Notes: a model not told the origin generated them from the sequence alone. A stretch of DNA of 63,518 nt, filler included, from Octopus bimaculoides (GCF_001194135.2; 6 parts of 6 records of this genome joined end to end with filler, not necessarily neighbours in it); one strand, 5' to 3'; shown: positions 37,045 to 50,352, counted from the whole stretch's first letter. Program-made: numbers and translations.

Positions 37045-38540
37045 GAAGGACAGTGATATACGTCCATCGCTGTGGGCAATGTCTTCTAGATGCTCGTGGC
37101 CAATGTCATTAGCAGGTCTGTCGTATCTGAACCAGGTGAGGAATTCAGCCCAGTGCAGCTGGAGATTGGCGTGGCCAGAAGGTGCGAGGGGGCCCGACCA
37201 TGACACTTGACAGTTTCTCAATGTTTGTCCTACCGAGCCGGCACTGAGTGATTTCAGGTACCTCATTGTTATGGTTGACATGGAAAATGCCGTCAAGTGT
37301 CTACGTCATGACGACTTGCTCAAAGCCTACCATTACCACACCATGTCTGGCAGCCTACTCGCTGGTTTATTTTCGTACGGGTCTCCCAGTATGCTCCTCA
37401 TTGCAGATAAGGTCATACCATATTCGACTGGCGTTCAACAAGGCGATTCATTAGGCCCATCTCTCTTCGGTCACGGGGTGGACGACATTGCTAAAAGCAT
37501 CACGGCTCCTTTCAATATTTGGCACATGGACGATACGGCGGCCTTAACCTCTGATGTCTGATCTCACTGACCCTGCCGCCATTTCTCTCGTCAGGGACAT
37601 CTTACCATATCTTAATCAACAGGGTTCTCCACAATACAACTGAACACATTGTGATCGTGGAACGCGGGGTGTCTTACGTGACATGGAGCCAACTCGGTTT
37701 CCCCCTCGGCGAACGCCCACCCCCTCTCATTTTGGTGGACGTCTGATTCCTCCAAAACAAATGGGACGCCATCTCTAATGCAGCATGATCTCGAACGGGC
37801 TGATGCACTGACTTGACCAGCAATGTCTGGTATGTTTCAGCTCGACCTTCCAGCCCCACAGCAGTGCCTAGTTCAATGCAATGTCATCATTCTCGACTAG
37901 CAGTTGGATAGCTGGATCAGTTGGATCGCGACTCTTTGCGCATCAGTGTTTTCCTGAAGCTTGGGCTCCGAATTTGTGAGTCTCGCAAACGCCGCTGCGG
38001 ATCTACTGTGGGTTCTTTCGGCCTCCACCCATTGTCATGCCATTATAGACTTGGTTGTCTTCCACACCATCCTGTTCTCAATGAGATCATAAAGCATGGC
38101 CTAGATGCTGCAGGCTTCCCTACCTAGCCCGAGCTAGAAGGGCTGAACAGAGGGTATGACAATTTTCTCAAAAGACCAGACGTATGACAATTTTCCTGTT
38201 TCGCGGTGGTAGGCCCCTCATCTGAGATGTTACATGTTGTGACACCTCCAGTAGCAATATGGCGTGTTCAGCTATCAGCCCAGGTTCCCTACTCGTCAGG
38301 TTGAGAAGGGCAAACTGTCAAAGCATCGGCCGCTCTCAGACAAATGTGTGATGAAGCCTGTGACAGTGGGGACATCCGGCATTCTCAGCCCCCGGATTAC
38401 GTCATCCCTGCTCATTGCTATCGAGGCAGAGATAGCCACCCACAAGTGCGGGTCCCACGTGTCAGCGTGGCTGTTCCAGCGCATCTCCCTCGCCATCATC
38501 GGAGACAATGACCAAGCCCTTTAGCATTATGTCGTGCTTG
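37045..38540 (+). mobile_element. CRE-clade non-LTR retrotransposon (RT + zinc knuckle + restriction-like endonuclease), decayed
   Basis: KDSDIRPIAVGNVF; VDMENAVKCLRHDDLL; TGVQQGDSLGPSLF...FNIWHMDD; LRISVFLKLGLRIC...HPLSC...HHPVLNEIIKHGLDAAGFP; KRPD; WLFQRISLAIIGDN; multiple stops and frameshifts. Confidence 0.85.
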
Positions 38541-38640
38541 NNNNNNNNNNNNNNNNNNNNNNNNNNNNNNNNNNNNNNNNNNNNTTAATTAATTAANNNN
38601 NNNNNNNNNNNNNNNNNNNNNNNNNNNNNNNNNNNNNNNN

Positions 38641-38721
<81 letters not shown>

Positions 38722-38848
38722 ATAAGCATGTATATATGCATATATGTATATATGCATATATGTATATATATGTATATATATATGCACATATATATATATA
38801 TGTATGTATATATATGCATATATATTTATATATACATACATATATTTA

Positions 38849-38881
<33 letters not shown>

Positions 38882-39102
38882 GTGTATGTATGTATATATC
38901 CACAGATAATATATACACACATGCACATATGCATAACTGGTACATTCAGAGATAAGCGGGTATATATGTGCAAAATATTTTAAGTTAGCGACAAAAAAGT
39001 CATTCGCATCCATCATGCGTGAATGAGTGATTATACACATACGCGTAAACACGCCCGCGAACGCTCGCACACACGTACATACATGCACACATGTTTGTTC
39101 TA

Positions 39103-39165
39103 AGGGTTAGGGTTAGGGTTAGGGTTAGGGTTAGGGTTAGGGTTAGGGTTAGGGTTAGGGTTAGG
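39103..39165 (+). repeat. Interstitial telomeric array, 9 perfect TTAGGG units plus partial units
   Basis: Directly visible. Confidence 0.95.
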
Positions 39166-39440
39166 ATATTACACCCATGATCGCAAGATCGAGATTTTAA
39201 TTCTCGAAACGGTGATGCGTGGTGTTTATTTTCAGCAACCCCCCCCTTTTTTTCTCGTCACTCTGCAATCACGTCGACATCTGATATGTGACGCACCATG
39301 CACCTGTACAGGTAACGTTGATTGGATGAAGAGAGTGGGCTAATGTACTGCACAAGTATTTAATCACTATTAACAAATCATCTGCGCAGGTTTTCTCTCG
39401 GCACTAATCCTGCAGCGAAAGGTCTTACTAAGTCCGGATG
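39160..39440 (+). mobile_element. Degenerate SINE with C/D-type head, fused to the telomeric array
   Basis: TTAGGATATTACACCCATGATCGCAAGATCGAG aligns with the head TTAGGGTGTCAGCATCATGATCGTAAGATTGTG at about 24789. Confidence 0.6.
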
Positions 39441-39629
39441 CATTCGAACTTGCTAAACATCCACTTTATCATTATCATCATCATCATCATCATCATCATC
39501 ATTATTATTATTATTATTATTACTATTAGTAGCAGTAGTAGTAGCAGCAGCAGCAGCACTAGAAATAGCACTATATGCATGTATATATATATATGTATGT
39601 ATATATGTATGTATATATGTATATTCTTA

Positions 39630-39830
39630 TGCTCTTTTACTTGTTTCAGGCATTTGACTGTGGCCATGCTGGAGCACCACCTTTAGTCGAGCAAATCGAC
39701 CCCAAGACTTATTCCATCGGTCTCTTTCCCCGAACTGCTATGTTACGGGGACCGTAAACATACCAGCATCGGTTGTGAAGCGATGTTGGGGGGACAAACA
39801 CAGACACACAAACACATACACACACGTACA
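39630..39830 (-). mobile_element. SINE family B 3' half, truncated by a gap
   Basis: CTCTTTTACTTGTTTCAG...GGCCATGCTGGAGCACC. Confidence 0.85.
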
Positions 39831-40519
39831 TATATATATATAAATTTATATATATATATNNNNNNNNNNNNNNNNNNNNNNNNNNNNNNNNNNNNNNNNN
39901 NNNNNNNNNNNNNNNNNNNNNNNNNNNNNNNNNNNNNNNNNNNNNNNNNNNNNNNNNNNNNNNNNNNNNNNNNNNNNNNNNNNNNNNNNNNNNNNNNNNN
40001 NNNNNNNNNNNNNNNNNNNNNNNNNNNNNNNNNNNNNNNNNNNNNNNNNNNNNNNNNNNNNNNNNNNNNNNNNNNNNNNNNNNNNNNNNNNNNNNNNNNN
40101 NNNNNNNNNNNNNNNNNNNNNNNNNNNNNNNNNNNNNNNNNNNNNNNNNNNNNNNNNNNNNNNNNNNNNNNNNNNNNNNNNNNNNNNNNNNNNNNNNNNN
40201 NNNNNNNNNNNNNNNNNNNNNNNNNNNNNNNNNNNNNNNNNNNNNNNNNNNNNNNNNNNNNNNNNNNNNNNNNNNNNNNNNNNNNNNNNNNNNNNNNNNN
40301 NNNNNNNNNNNNNNNNNNNNNNNNNNNNNNNNNNNNNNNNNNNNNNNNNNNNNNNNNNNNNNNNNNNNNNGTAATACTCTCCGCTTTATTTTCTCATCGC
40401 TTACTCATAACAAATTTATGCCATGTTTTAGAATTAACCTGAAATTTGTTAACTGGCATTAAAGAGCGGTAATATGTTTACATATATGTATATACGTTGA
40501 TGTTCAAATCAATGACAGC

Positions 40520-40534
40520 TACAACGTCGATGAC

Positions 40535-40603
<69 letters not shown>

Positions 40604-40754
40604 GGTAAGTGATGGTGAAAATGAGGATTAATAATGATGTTGGTGGTGACAGAGATCCTGATAAGGCTGTAAGGTAGATGATTAGTGTGATGACAACAAC
40701 ATGGAGTGTCATAATGATTATAATAAGGATTGAGTTGGCGATGGCGATGGTGAC

Positions 40755-40797
<43 letters not shown>

Positions 40798-41500
40798 CCG
40801 ACGATTACGATGACGATGATGATGACGATGACGATGATGATGACGTAGATGATGATAATGACGACGACAATGACGATGTTGCAAATGATGATGATGATAA
40901 TGATGACAACGACAATGATGACGACGACGATTAAAGCGGTTTGTGGTGATGACACAACTTGTATATACCCCACAGTCAAACCCTCTCATCCCCCTACAAA
41001 CATCTACACACACATACACACAACACAATGCTGGTACCACCATCACCACCACCATCACCACCACCATCACCACCACCACCATCACCACCATCACCACCGC
41101 CACCACCACCACNNNNNNNNNNNNNNNNNNNNNNNNNNNNNNNNNNNNNNNNNNNNNNNNNNNNNNNNNNNNNNNNNNNNNNNNNNNNNNNNNNNNNNNN
41201 NNNNNNNNNNNNNNNNNNNNNNNNNNNNNNNNNNNNNNNNNNNNNNNNNNNNNNNNNNNNNNNNNNNNNNNNNNNNNNNNNNNNNNNNNNNNNNNNNNNN
41301 NNNNNNNNNNNNNNNNNNNNNNNNNNNNNNNNNNNNNNNNNNNNNNNNNNNNNNNNNNNNNNNNNNNNNNNNNNNNNNNNNNNNNNNNNNNNNNNNNNNN
41401 NNNNNNNNNNNNNNNNNNNNNNNNNNNNNNNNNNNNCACCACCACCACCACCACCACCACCATCACTACTGTTACCACTGCAATTACCACTACTACCGCC
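40520..41500. repeat. (GAT)n/(GAC)n and (CAC/CAT)n trinucleotide fields
   Basis: Directly visible; source of the poly-H/M/I/T ORFs. Confidence 0.95.
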
Positions 41501-42039
41501 AATACCATCGCTTCCGCCAACCCTTCATCCCCACCCCACCCCCACACACTTTACACAACAGTTAAAGTTACCGCCATTTCGTTTCGGGAAATAAAACAGT
41601 TATTATCGGCTGCGATCGACTTCACGGTTCTGTGACTTTCTTACTGAGATTCCAGATAAGCAGCCATTTGTTAGGCATGTGTTATAGACATGTGTGTGAA
41701 TGTATGTGCGAGTGTGCGTACGTATGAGTTTGGGTGCGTATATTTGTGTGTGTGTACTAATATATGTATATATACAATGTTATATATTATACATATACTA
41801 TATTATACTGTAATATAATATACTATTTATGCTTTGTATTATAGTTTATTAATACTAAATAATTATATATTTACTGAAGGTTTAAAATTTCGCAAAACAT
41901 TACTCCGAGTTTCTTGTTTCCGATCTTTAAATTCTCGGACGATAACGAGAAAAAGCATCAAGAAAAAACCCCCACATACATACATACATACATACATAAA
42001 AGCATGCATTCATACGTACGTAGATACTGGTACTGCATC

Positions 42040-42190
42040 TGCTACGGAAGAGCCTGCTTTTGAAATTAACGTGCAAGTAGCTCTGTACTCCACAGATACA
42101 TGTTTCCTTGACGTAGTTCTCGGAGATTCAGCGTGAGACAGAATGTGACAGGGCTGTTCCTTTGAAATACAGGTACTATTCATTTTTGTC
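42040..42190 (-). mobile_element. SINE family C fragment
   Basis: GAAATTAACGTGCAAGT...GATTCAGCGTGAGACAGAATGTGACA. Confidence 0.7.
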
Positions 42191-43239
42191 GTACATACAT
42201 ACATACATACATACATACATACATACGCACATGCATACACTTACTCACACATATGTACATACATTATACATGCATACATATATATAAACACACATGAAAG
42301 AAAGTCTCCTAAAACTAAAAACTTCGAATTAAGTGTTATACAATCAATGAAGGCAATGAAATATTAATGTACGTTATTACTCAGGCAAGAAAACCACTAT
42401 AAACCACGAACCCTTTAACAAGTTCAACCTTACAAGAAAGAACAGCAACCAAGAACAACGGGATTCCAAGATATAAAAGATTTACAGATAACAAGCATAT
42501 AAAACACATTCCTATCATCAGCTGTCTAACAGACATCACAATGGTTTCAACACATATACAGAATCTAATTATGATGTGGGAGAATCATTAGAGTGAAAGA
42601 CAAAATGCATTGCAGCATTTGTTCTGAGTCTCCCATCGAAGTCATCTTTGGGGTACAATAGAATATAGAACCAAGCGAGAGTGATAGATTGGACAAAATG
42701 TTTTCCAGCATTTGTTCTGATTCTTTGCATTCTAAGTGCCTGGCAGGGTACAAGACGTTTTGGCGTCGCTTAGCTGACGTCGCTGATACGACGCTGACTT
42801 ATTTGACATCAACTCAGAATGTAAAGAGCAGGAGCAAATACGGCCTGGCATTTTGTTAGAATAACAAGAGATAAATAAATAAATGCATGGAGAAAGTATT
42901 TTTGTTTATTGAAAGGCGTGGCTGCGCACCCATATGGACTGGAAAGCAATTTAATCATAAAAAAATACATTAAAAACTAATTAAGTCAAAGGCGTTACCT
43001 ATAAAATACATAATATCTAAAGTTGTTAAAAACGGATAATAAGATAAAAATAATTGTAGCAAATTCCATATGGATAGAGGAACAGAATTACTAGAATTAA
43101 ATACCTAATTAAATTTCGATTAAATTGTAAACAAAAAACAGAAAATTGGATAAAGTCAAATAAGAATGCATAAACATATATTTTTTAAAACTGTTATATA
43201 AAACAGAAGTAGTATTAGATTAAAATATCCCGCAAATGC

Positions 43240-43486
43240 GGTATTCGTCCAGAGATAATATCTCTTATGGACGAGTGGTTAATCGCAATACCAATGATTT
43301 TTGCAATTACTGTTTTCCTATATCACAAGCGACAGATTTCGTCTTAGGATGCAGTTGGCAAAGCAAAACAAAGCAGAAATACTCATCCAGAATCGTCACT
43401 GCCGATGCTGGACAATATTCGTCTGCTACTGATATATTTGAGCTTTCAGTGCTGTACGTCCATAAGAGATATCTTCAGACGATACC
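43240..43486. mobile_element. Small putative MITE with ~30 bp imperfect TIRs
   Basis: ATATCTCTTATGGACG (43258-43273) is a perfect inverted repeat of CGTCCATAAGAGATAT (43457-43472); no TSD found. Confidence 0.45.
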
Positions 43487-45019
43487 ATAGTTAATTTGCC
43501 TTTCCGCGTTGTATTCGCATTAAGTAGATAAACAGATGGATATAATTTTAAGCAGAAGAAAATCTACGGTGCTAAAATGTGAGAAAAAGAAACAGTAGTG
43601 GAGGTCTGTCAGCGTAGACTAAAGTCCAATTACTTTTGGTGTCGTAAATTAAGATGATGCATGATTTTCCTGAAGGTATCGAATGGGCGTGTAAACAAGA
43701 AGATAAAATATTCATATTTTAAATTTAGATCGTAATAGAAAATGAGCAACCTTTCGTATAGACAATAAGCCACAGTGAACCTCAGATCTGGTTATTATGT
43801 GGTGATACGAAGGTGCCCCATCCATGATTGATGAAATGAGTTTCTCACAAGCCAAATATACGTTCACAAAGCAGTTACCAATGTTCATTTTTAATATTAA
43901 CAAAGGAGTGTCGGTGTGGATAAGTCCACTTTTTAAAATCATCTGCCGTCATTCCATAAGATGACGACTTCGAATTAATGTTCAAAAACACTTTATATCA
44001 ATGATTTTGTCAAGCAGTTATCTTCCAGGGAGTAATTTTCACATTAGACCTAGGTGTATTTAGCCGAAGAATATGAATTAATTGGCTGAGAGAACCGTTT
44101 AGCACAATGAATTCTGATGGAACTAACATAGTTTTTACATGCAGGATAGTTCACTCTTATGCATTATCATTTGAACATTTTATGTTATTTGTGGTTCGTT
44201 GGAAAATGTTAAGATATCAAACCAAGAAAAGCTTTCGTTGTGTTAGCTTTCACATTGAAACTGAACACTGAGTTAGGAATTTTATGTCTTTTGATCCGAA
44301 GCTTCTCGATGTTTATGTGAAGTAAATATCATTTTATCTTCCCAGAGCATCCATTGTTTTAGAAGGCGGCATTATAATAGTAAGAAGCACATACAAACGT
44401 GGTTTTATGCAGATGTGCTAATCAGTTTTAGATTAATGATTAAAACGCTCATTTATGTAACAACATTTCATGTTAGAATTATTGTACCATCTAAATTTAT
44501 TAGTATTAATAACCAAAGAAAAAGATTAATCATAGTAAAATTAGTGTCCGAGATAACACGTAATCCTACTTCGATAAAAGATTTTCTCCTAGATATATTT
44601 AGCTAATATCCACTCAAACGTATTTCTTGGTGTTAACAGTCCATCATCTCTATAAATATCTCCTTTTTTTCTACCCCTTTATATTTTATCACCAAAATAT
44701 CCTGCTAACATAAAACTATATGTTTACAAATATGTATTTCACATCTTTGAACAACTTTTTTCACTTTCTTTACAGTTTAACCGCATTTTCATTCAGTATA
44801 TTTAATTAAAAAGAAAAACGCTTTTTGTTCCTACGAAAATGAAATTTCCTACGCACATTTTCGTTTTCGTATGGTTATTTCTTTAGAAGCTATTGTATTT
44901 AATAGTTGCGCATTTTTGCTCCAATAGCATTTTTAATGCACTTTATTTTACAATTAATTCGTGTCCTACCTCATTCAGTAATTCTTATGGCCCATTATTA
45001 CCATTCATCATGAAATTGT

Positions 45020-45097
45020 TTCTTCTTCTTCTTCTTCTTCTTCTTCTTCTTCTTCTTCTTCTTCTTCTTCTTCTTCTTCTTCTTCTTCTTCTTCTTC

Positions 45098-45149
<52 letters not shown>

Positions 45150-45156
45150 CAGCAGC

Positions 45157-45194
<38 letters not shown>

Positions 45195-45197
45195 CAG

Positions 45198-45265
<68 letters not shown>
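45020..45265. repeat. Compound microsatellite (TTC)n-(GTA)n-(CTA)n
   Basis: Directly visible; the (GTA)n and (CTA)n blocks are mutual reverse complements. Confidence 0.95.
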
Positions 45266-45459
45266 TTTCCATTCATTGTAGTCACTCCCATCTATCTCCG
45301 CCCCGTCTCGATCTTTCGTTTTATGGAATTCTTTTCAAATTAGTTGCATGAGTGAACAATCAAAACTTGTTTATCGTTTGAATATTTTCTGCAGGATAAC
45401 ACACATACATAGACCAGACGCACAGACACATATGCACACAAACATCAAGATATATATGT

Positions 45460-45506
<47 letters not shown>

Positions 45507-46178
45507 NNNNNNNNNNNNNNNNNNNNNNNNNNNNNNNNNNNNNNNNNNNNNNNNNNNNNNNNNNNNNNNNNNNNNNNNNNNNNNNNNNNNNNNNNNNNNN
45601 NNNNNNNNNNNNNNNNNNNNNNNNNNNNNNNNNNNNNNNNNNNNNNNNNNNNNNNNNNNNNNNNNNNNNNNNNNNNNNNNNNNNNNNNNNNNNNNNNNNN
45701 NNNNNNNNNNNNNNNNNNNNNNNNNNNNNNNNNNNNNNNNNNNNNNNNNNNNNNNNNNNNNNNNNNNNNNNNNNNNNNNNNNNNNNNNNNNNNNNNNNNN
45801 NNNNNNNNNNNNNNNNNNNNNNNNNNNNNNNNNNNNNNNNNNNNNNNNNNNNNNNNNNNNNNNNNNNNNNNNNNNNNNNNNNNNNNNNNNNNNNNNNNNN
45901 NNNNNNNNNNNNNNNNNNNNNNNNNNNNNNNNNNNNNNNNNNNNNNNNNNNNNNNNNNNNNNNNNNNNNNNNNNNNNNNNNNNNNNNNNNNNNNNNNNNN
46001 NNNNNNNNNNNNNNNNNNNNNNNNNNNNNNNNNNNNNNNNNNNNNNNNNNNNNNNNNNNNNNNNNNNNNNNNNNNNNNNNNNNNNNNNNNNNNNNNNNNN
46101 NNNNNNNNNNNNNNNNNNNNNNNNNNNNNNNNNNNNNNNNNNNNNNNNNNNNNNNNNNNNNNNNNNNNNNNNNNNNNN

Positions 46179-46221
<43 letters not shown>

Positions 46222-46222
<1 letters not shown>

Positions 46223-46587
46223 GTAAGACCCGGGGATGAGGTGTCGGAAGAAAGTTAGCTTCAAGCAATACGTAGTAAATATTAAAAAAAACAACTTTAA
46301 GTGACAATTGTGGTTTATTGAGACGGAAGGTTGTGGATTTTTTTGTATGGAAGTACGATAAACTGAAAAAAGTTCTCTTTATATTTCACAGTAGATGACC
46401 AGAGTTGCCGAGTATACGAAGAATACAAGAGTTAAGGAATGGAGTTGATAAGAGCCGAGCTACATGTTTCATCGCGAGCGGGGCCTCGCAAGTGGTAAAT
46501 ATTAAAGCGAGGTGTATACCACAGGCTACTCCTTAGGCCATGGATATCTTGTTTAAATGAAAGTTTACATTGTCGCAAGGGTGTACA
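46222..46587. mobile_element. Possible solo LTR (Gypsy-like termini)
   Basis: Starts TGTAAGACCC and ends GGGTGTACA; no matching TSD seen. Confidence 0.3.
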
Positions 46588-46811
46588 TGTTAACACATAG
46601 AAAATTCATTTTTAAAATCTCAATCTAACAACATGTAATCCTTTTATGATGAGATTTTACTCATATAATATTCTAAATACAAATTTCATATTATTTTGTT
46701 TATAAATTTTTAATTAGTATCGAGTAAAATTGATACAATTGTTGATATTTTTAATTAACTATATGTTGATAAATTATTTTATATCTATATACTCTTCATT
46801 TTCCTCTTGTT

Positions 46812-46924
<113 letters not shown>

Positions 46925-46946
46925 GAGTGTATATGTATGTATGTTG

Positions 46947-47180
46947 AAGTGCGTGACCTAGTGGTTAGGGTGTTGCACTCGTTATAGTGAAATCGTAAGA
47001 TTGTAGTTTCAATTCCTGGTCCGGGCAATGCGTTATGTTCTTACGCAAAACACTTCCTTTCACGTTGCTCCAGTCAGCACAATTGACTAGTCATGTGACA
47101 AAACGGCGCGTCCCGTCCAATGGGGACGGTACACGCCACAGAATCCGGGAAACCAGCCCATGAGACTATGGCTTGTGAAG
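46947..47180 (+). mobile_element. SINE family C/D
   Basis: GTGGTTAGGGTGTTGCACTC...GTTTCAATTCCTGG...CGTCCCGTCC. Confidence 0.75.
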
Positions 47181-47289
47181 GACATTCGATATTTTTTACA
47201 ATGTGTGTGTGTGTGTGTATGTATTTAGGCCCGTTGCGAGACATCTGAAGTGACTAACAGGGTTATGCGGGGTGTTTATTTTAAAAACC

Positions 47290-47520
47290 ACTGCCTGGAC
47301 ATGGAGCTACTAGTGCTGCAAACAGGAAGGTCATAAACTCCGTCTCTGAAACTGCAAAAAAGACCATGATGTGGCTTTTGATAAAGTGAGCAGATCGTTG
47401 ATTTGCTATTGCTGAGATGTAAACTAAGAGTTGATCAAATACAGCGGTTCCTGTGGGTGAGGAGGTATGACGTTGAAGGACTCGAAACCCCATCATCCCT
47501 GATGATGCATCCCCGAGCAT
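47290..47520 (+). mobile_element. Possible HERO-clade (RLE) non-LTR retrotransposon 3' end
   Basis: NRKVINSVSETAKKTMMWLLIK* resembles the HERO C-terminal ...AAEKASRWLWIKR; the 3' UTR-like GACTCGAAAC...CTGATGATG comparison is from memory of the family. Confidence 0.4.
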
Positions 47521-47734
47521 CTGTAATATGTATCTCGGAACTCTGTACGGTTTTTTGTTCCATGAGTAACTATCACCGAGAGATCGGGTTCGAAAAAGTC
47601 GGAATAAAGATTTGTGTTTGCATGTGTGGTTGTGTATGTGTTTGCATGTGTGGTTGTGTATGTGTTTGCATGTGTGGTTGTGTATGTGTTTGCATGGACG
47701 TGTGTTTGTGTGTGCATGCGTGTATACACTCTCT

Positions 47735-47934
47735 CTCTTTTACTCTTTTACTTGTTTCAGTCATTTGACTGCGGCCATGCTGGAGCACCGCCTTTAGTTT
47801 AGCAAATCGACCCCAGGACTTATTCTTTGGAAGCCTAGTATTTATTCTATCGTTTTCCTTTTGCCGAACCGCTAGATTACGGGGACGTAAACACACCAGC
47901 ATCGGTTGTCAAGCAATGTTGGGGGGACAAACAC
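47735..47934 (-). mobile_element. SINE family B 3' half, truncated by a gap
   Basis: CTCTTTTACTCTTTTACTTGTTTCAGTC... Confidence 0.9.
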
Positions 47935-48919
47935 NNNNNNNNNNNNNNNNNNNNNNNNNNNNNNNNNNNNNNNNNNNNNNNNNNNNNNNNNNNNNNNNNN
48001 NNNNNNNNNNNNNNNNNNNNNNNNNNNNNNNNNNNNNNNNNNNNNNNNNNNNNNNNNNNNNNNNNNNNNNNNNNNNNNNNNNNNNNNNNNNNNNNNNNNN
48101 NNNNNNNNNNNNNNNNNNNNNNNNNNNNNNNNNNNNNNNNNNNNNNNNNNNNNNNNNNNNNNNNNNNNNNNNNNNNNNNNNNNNNNNNNNNNNNNNNNNN
48201 NNNNNNNNNNNNNNNNNNNNNNNNNNNNNNNNNNNNNNNNNNNNNNNNNNNNNNNNNNNNNNNNNNNNNNNNNNNNNNNNNNNNNNNNNNNNNNNNNNNN
48301 NNNNNNNNNNNNNNNNNNNNNNNNNNNNNNNNNNNNNNNNNNNNNNNNNNNNNNNNNNNNNNNNNNNNNNNNNNNNNNNNNNNNNNNNNNNNNNNNNNNN
48401 NNNNNNNNNNNNNNNNNNNNNNNNNNNNNNNNNNNNNNNNNNNNNNNNNNNNNNNNNNNNNNNNNNNNNNNNNNNNNNNNNNNNNNNNNNNNNNNNNNNN
48501 NNNNNNNNNNNNNNNNNNNNNNNNNNNNNNNNNNNNNNNNNNNNNNNNNNNNNNNNNNNNNNNNNNNNNNNNNNNNNNNNNNNNNNNNNNNNNNNNNNNN
48601 NNNNNNNNNNNNNNNNNNNNNNNNNNNNNNNNNNNNNNNNNNNNNNNNNNNNNNNNNNNNNNNNNNNNNNNNNNNNNNNNNNNNNNNNNNNNNNNNNNNN
48701 NGTATCAATTAGAAATAATTGAATGGACATAAATTCTGTGAGAAACCAATAATATATCACGTGATTGCTATTTCCCGTAGTGTGGTTGTTATGTTGCACG
48801 ACGTAAGTTACAATCAATACAAAAACAGTGGAAGTATGCAAAGAACGATTGTATATAGGAAAATTAAATCATTAATGAATAATGTATAATAATGTATAAT
48901 AATAATAATAATAATAATG

Positions 48920-48963
<44 letters not shown>

Positions 48964-49596
48964 AATAGTAGTATAGAAATAGTTGCTTCACAGAACTAGG
49001 CTGAAACTGTACGCAAAATCTAAGTGGTAACATTTGGCTGCGATGATAAATAAAATCAGTTGTATTGACAAGACCCCAGAAGAGATGTTGCGTGAGCTTT
49101 GTTTAAATTCTGTCTCAGAGAATTCTTCTTCAAAATTATCGTTTGTTTGCTTCTTTGTTTGTGCAAATAATGTTGTTCTATTGTGAAGTGTATTTCCCCG
49201 CAAAGAGACTCTTGTTTGCCACCATTAATGAGCGGCGGACTCCTAGTGTTAAAACAAGATTCAATGCAACGCAACGTACGTCTCATCTCTTTCACTCTTT
49301 CTCGCTGTCTTAGGTTTTAAGACTTCTCTCNNNNNNNNNNNNNNNNNNNNNNNNNNNNNNNNNNNNNNNNNNNNNNNNNNNNNNNNNNNNNNNNNNNNNN
49401 NNNNNNNNNNNNNNNNNNNNNNNNNNNNNNATGTATGTATGTATGTATGTATGTATGTATGTGTATATATATGCATGTATGTATGTATATGTACGTATGT
49501 ATATGTATATGAATATGTATGTATATGTACATGAATATATGTATGTATATGTATGTATGTATGTATATGTATATGAATGTATATATATGAATGTAA

Positions 49597-49671
<75 letters not shown>

Positions 49672-50149
49672 CATACATCCATATATGTATTTATATATGG
49701 ACGTATGTATATGTATGTTTGCACACACACACACACACACATACACATATAGCTTTATCTCTATATTATATGTAGCAATCTCTGCCCCTGTCTCTCTCCC
49801 TCTTTCTCTTTCCCCACTCTCTCACTTTCTTCCCCCCCCCCTCTCTCTCGTTGAACGGTGAGTCCCCTATCAACTAAACATTGAAATAAAAGCTGTTGTG
49901 CAGAAACGAGGTTTAGAAATTATGTTTTGTTGTGAAACAAAAGCAAATAAACCCAGATATATTGAAGCAATATTGAATGTTTCGCTCACCGACAGCTCGC
50001 CTGGTCACAATGAATAGTGAACTCTAACGAAAATGGCTTTCCTTTCACTTTGTCTTCCCTGGATGAATTGGAGACATTTTCAACCAAAAGATAGAGGAAA
50101 TGCCTTACTGTGAAGGAATTCAATAAAAGTGAAAGTTCTAGAGTTAACT

Positions 50150-50311
50150 TTTACGCTCATCATCACCATCATCATCATTACCATCATCATCATCATCAAC
50201 ATCATCGTCGTCACCATCATCATCATCACCACCACCACCACCACCACCATCATCATCACCATCACCACCACCACAACCACCACCACCACCACCACCACCA
50301 CCATCATCATC

Positions 50312-50352
<41 letters not shown>

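Noticed and set aside
47480-47515. Type II hammerhead in the HERO-like UTR (GAAA...CUGAUGA)
   Set aside because: Stem II cannot be closed with the required pairing, and stems I and III are absent.
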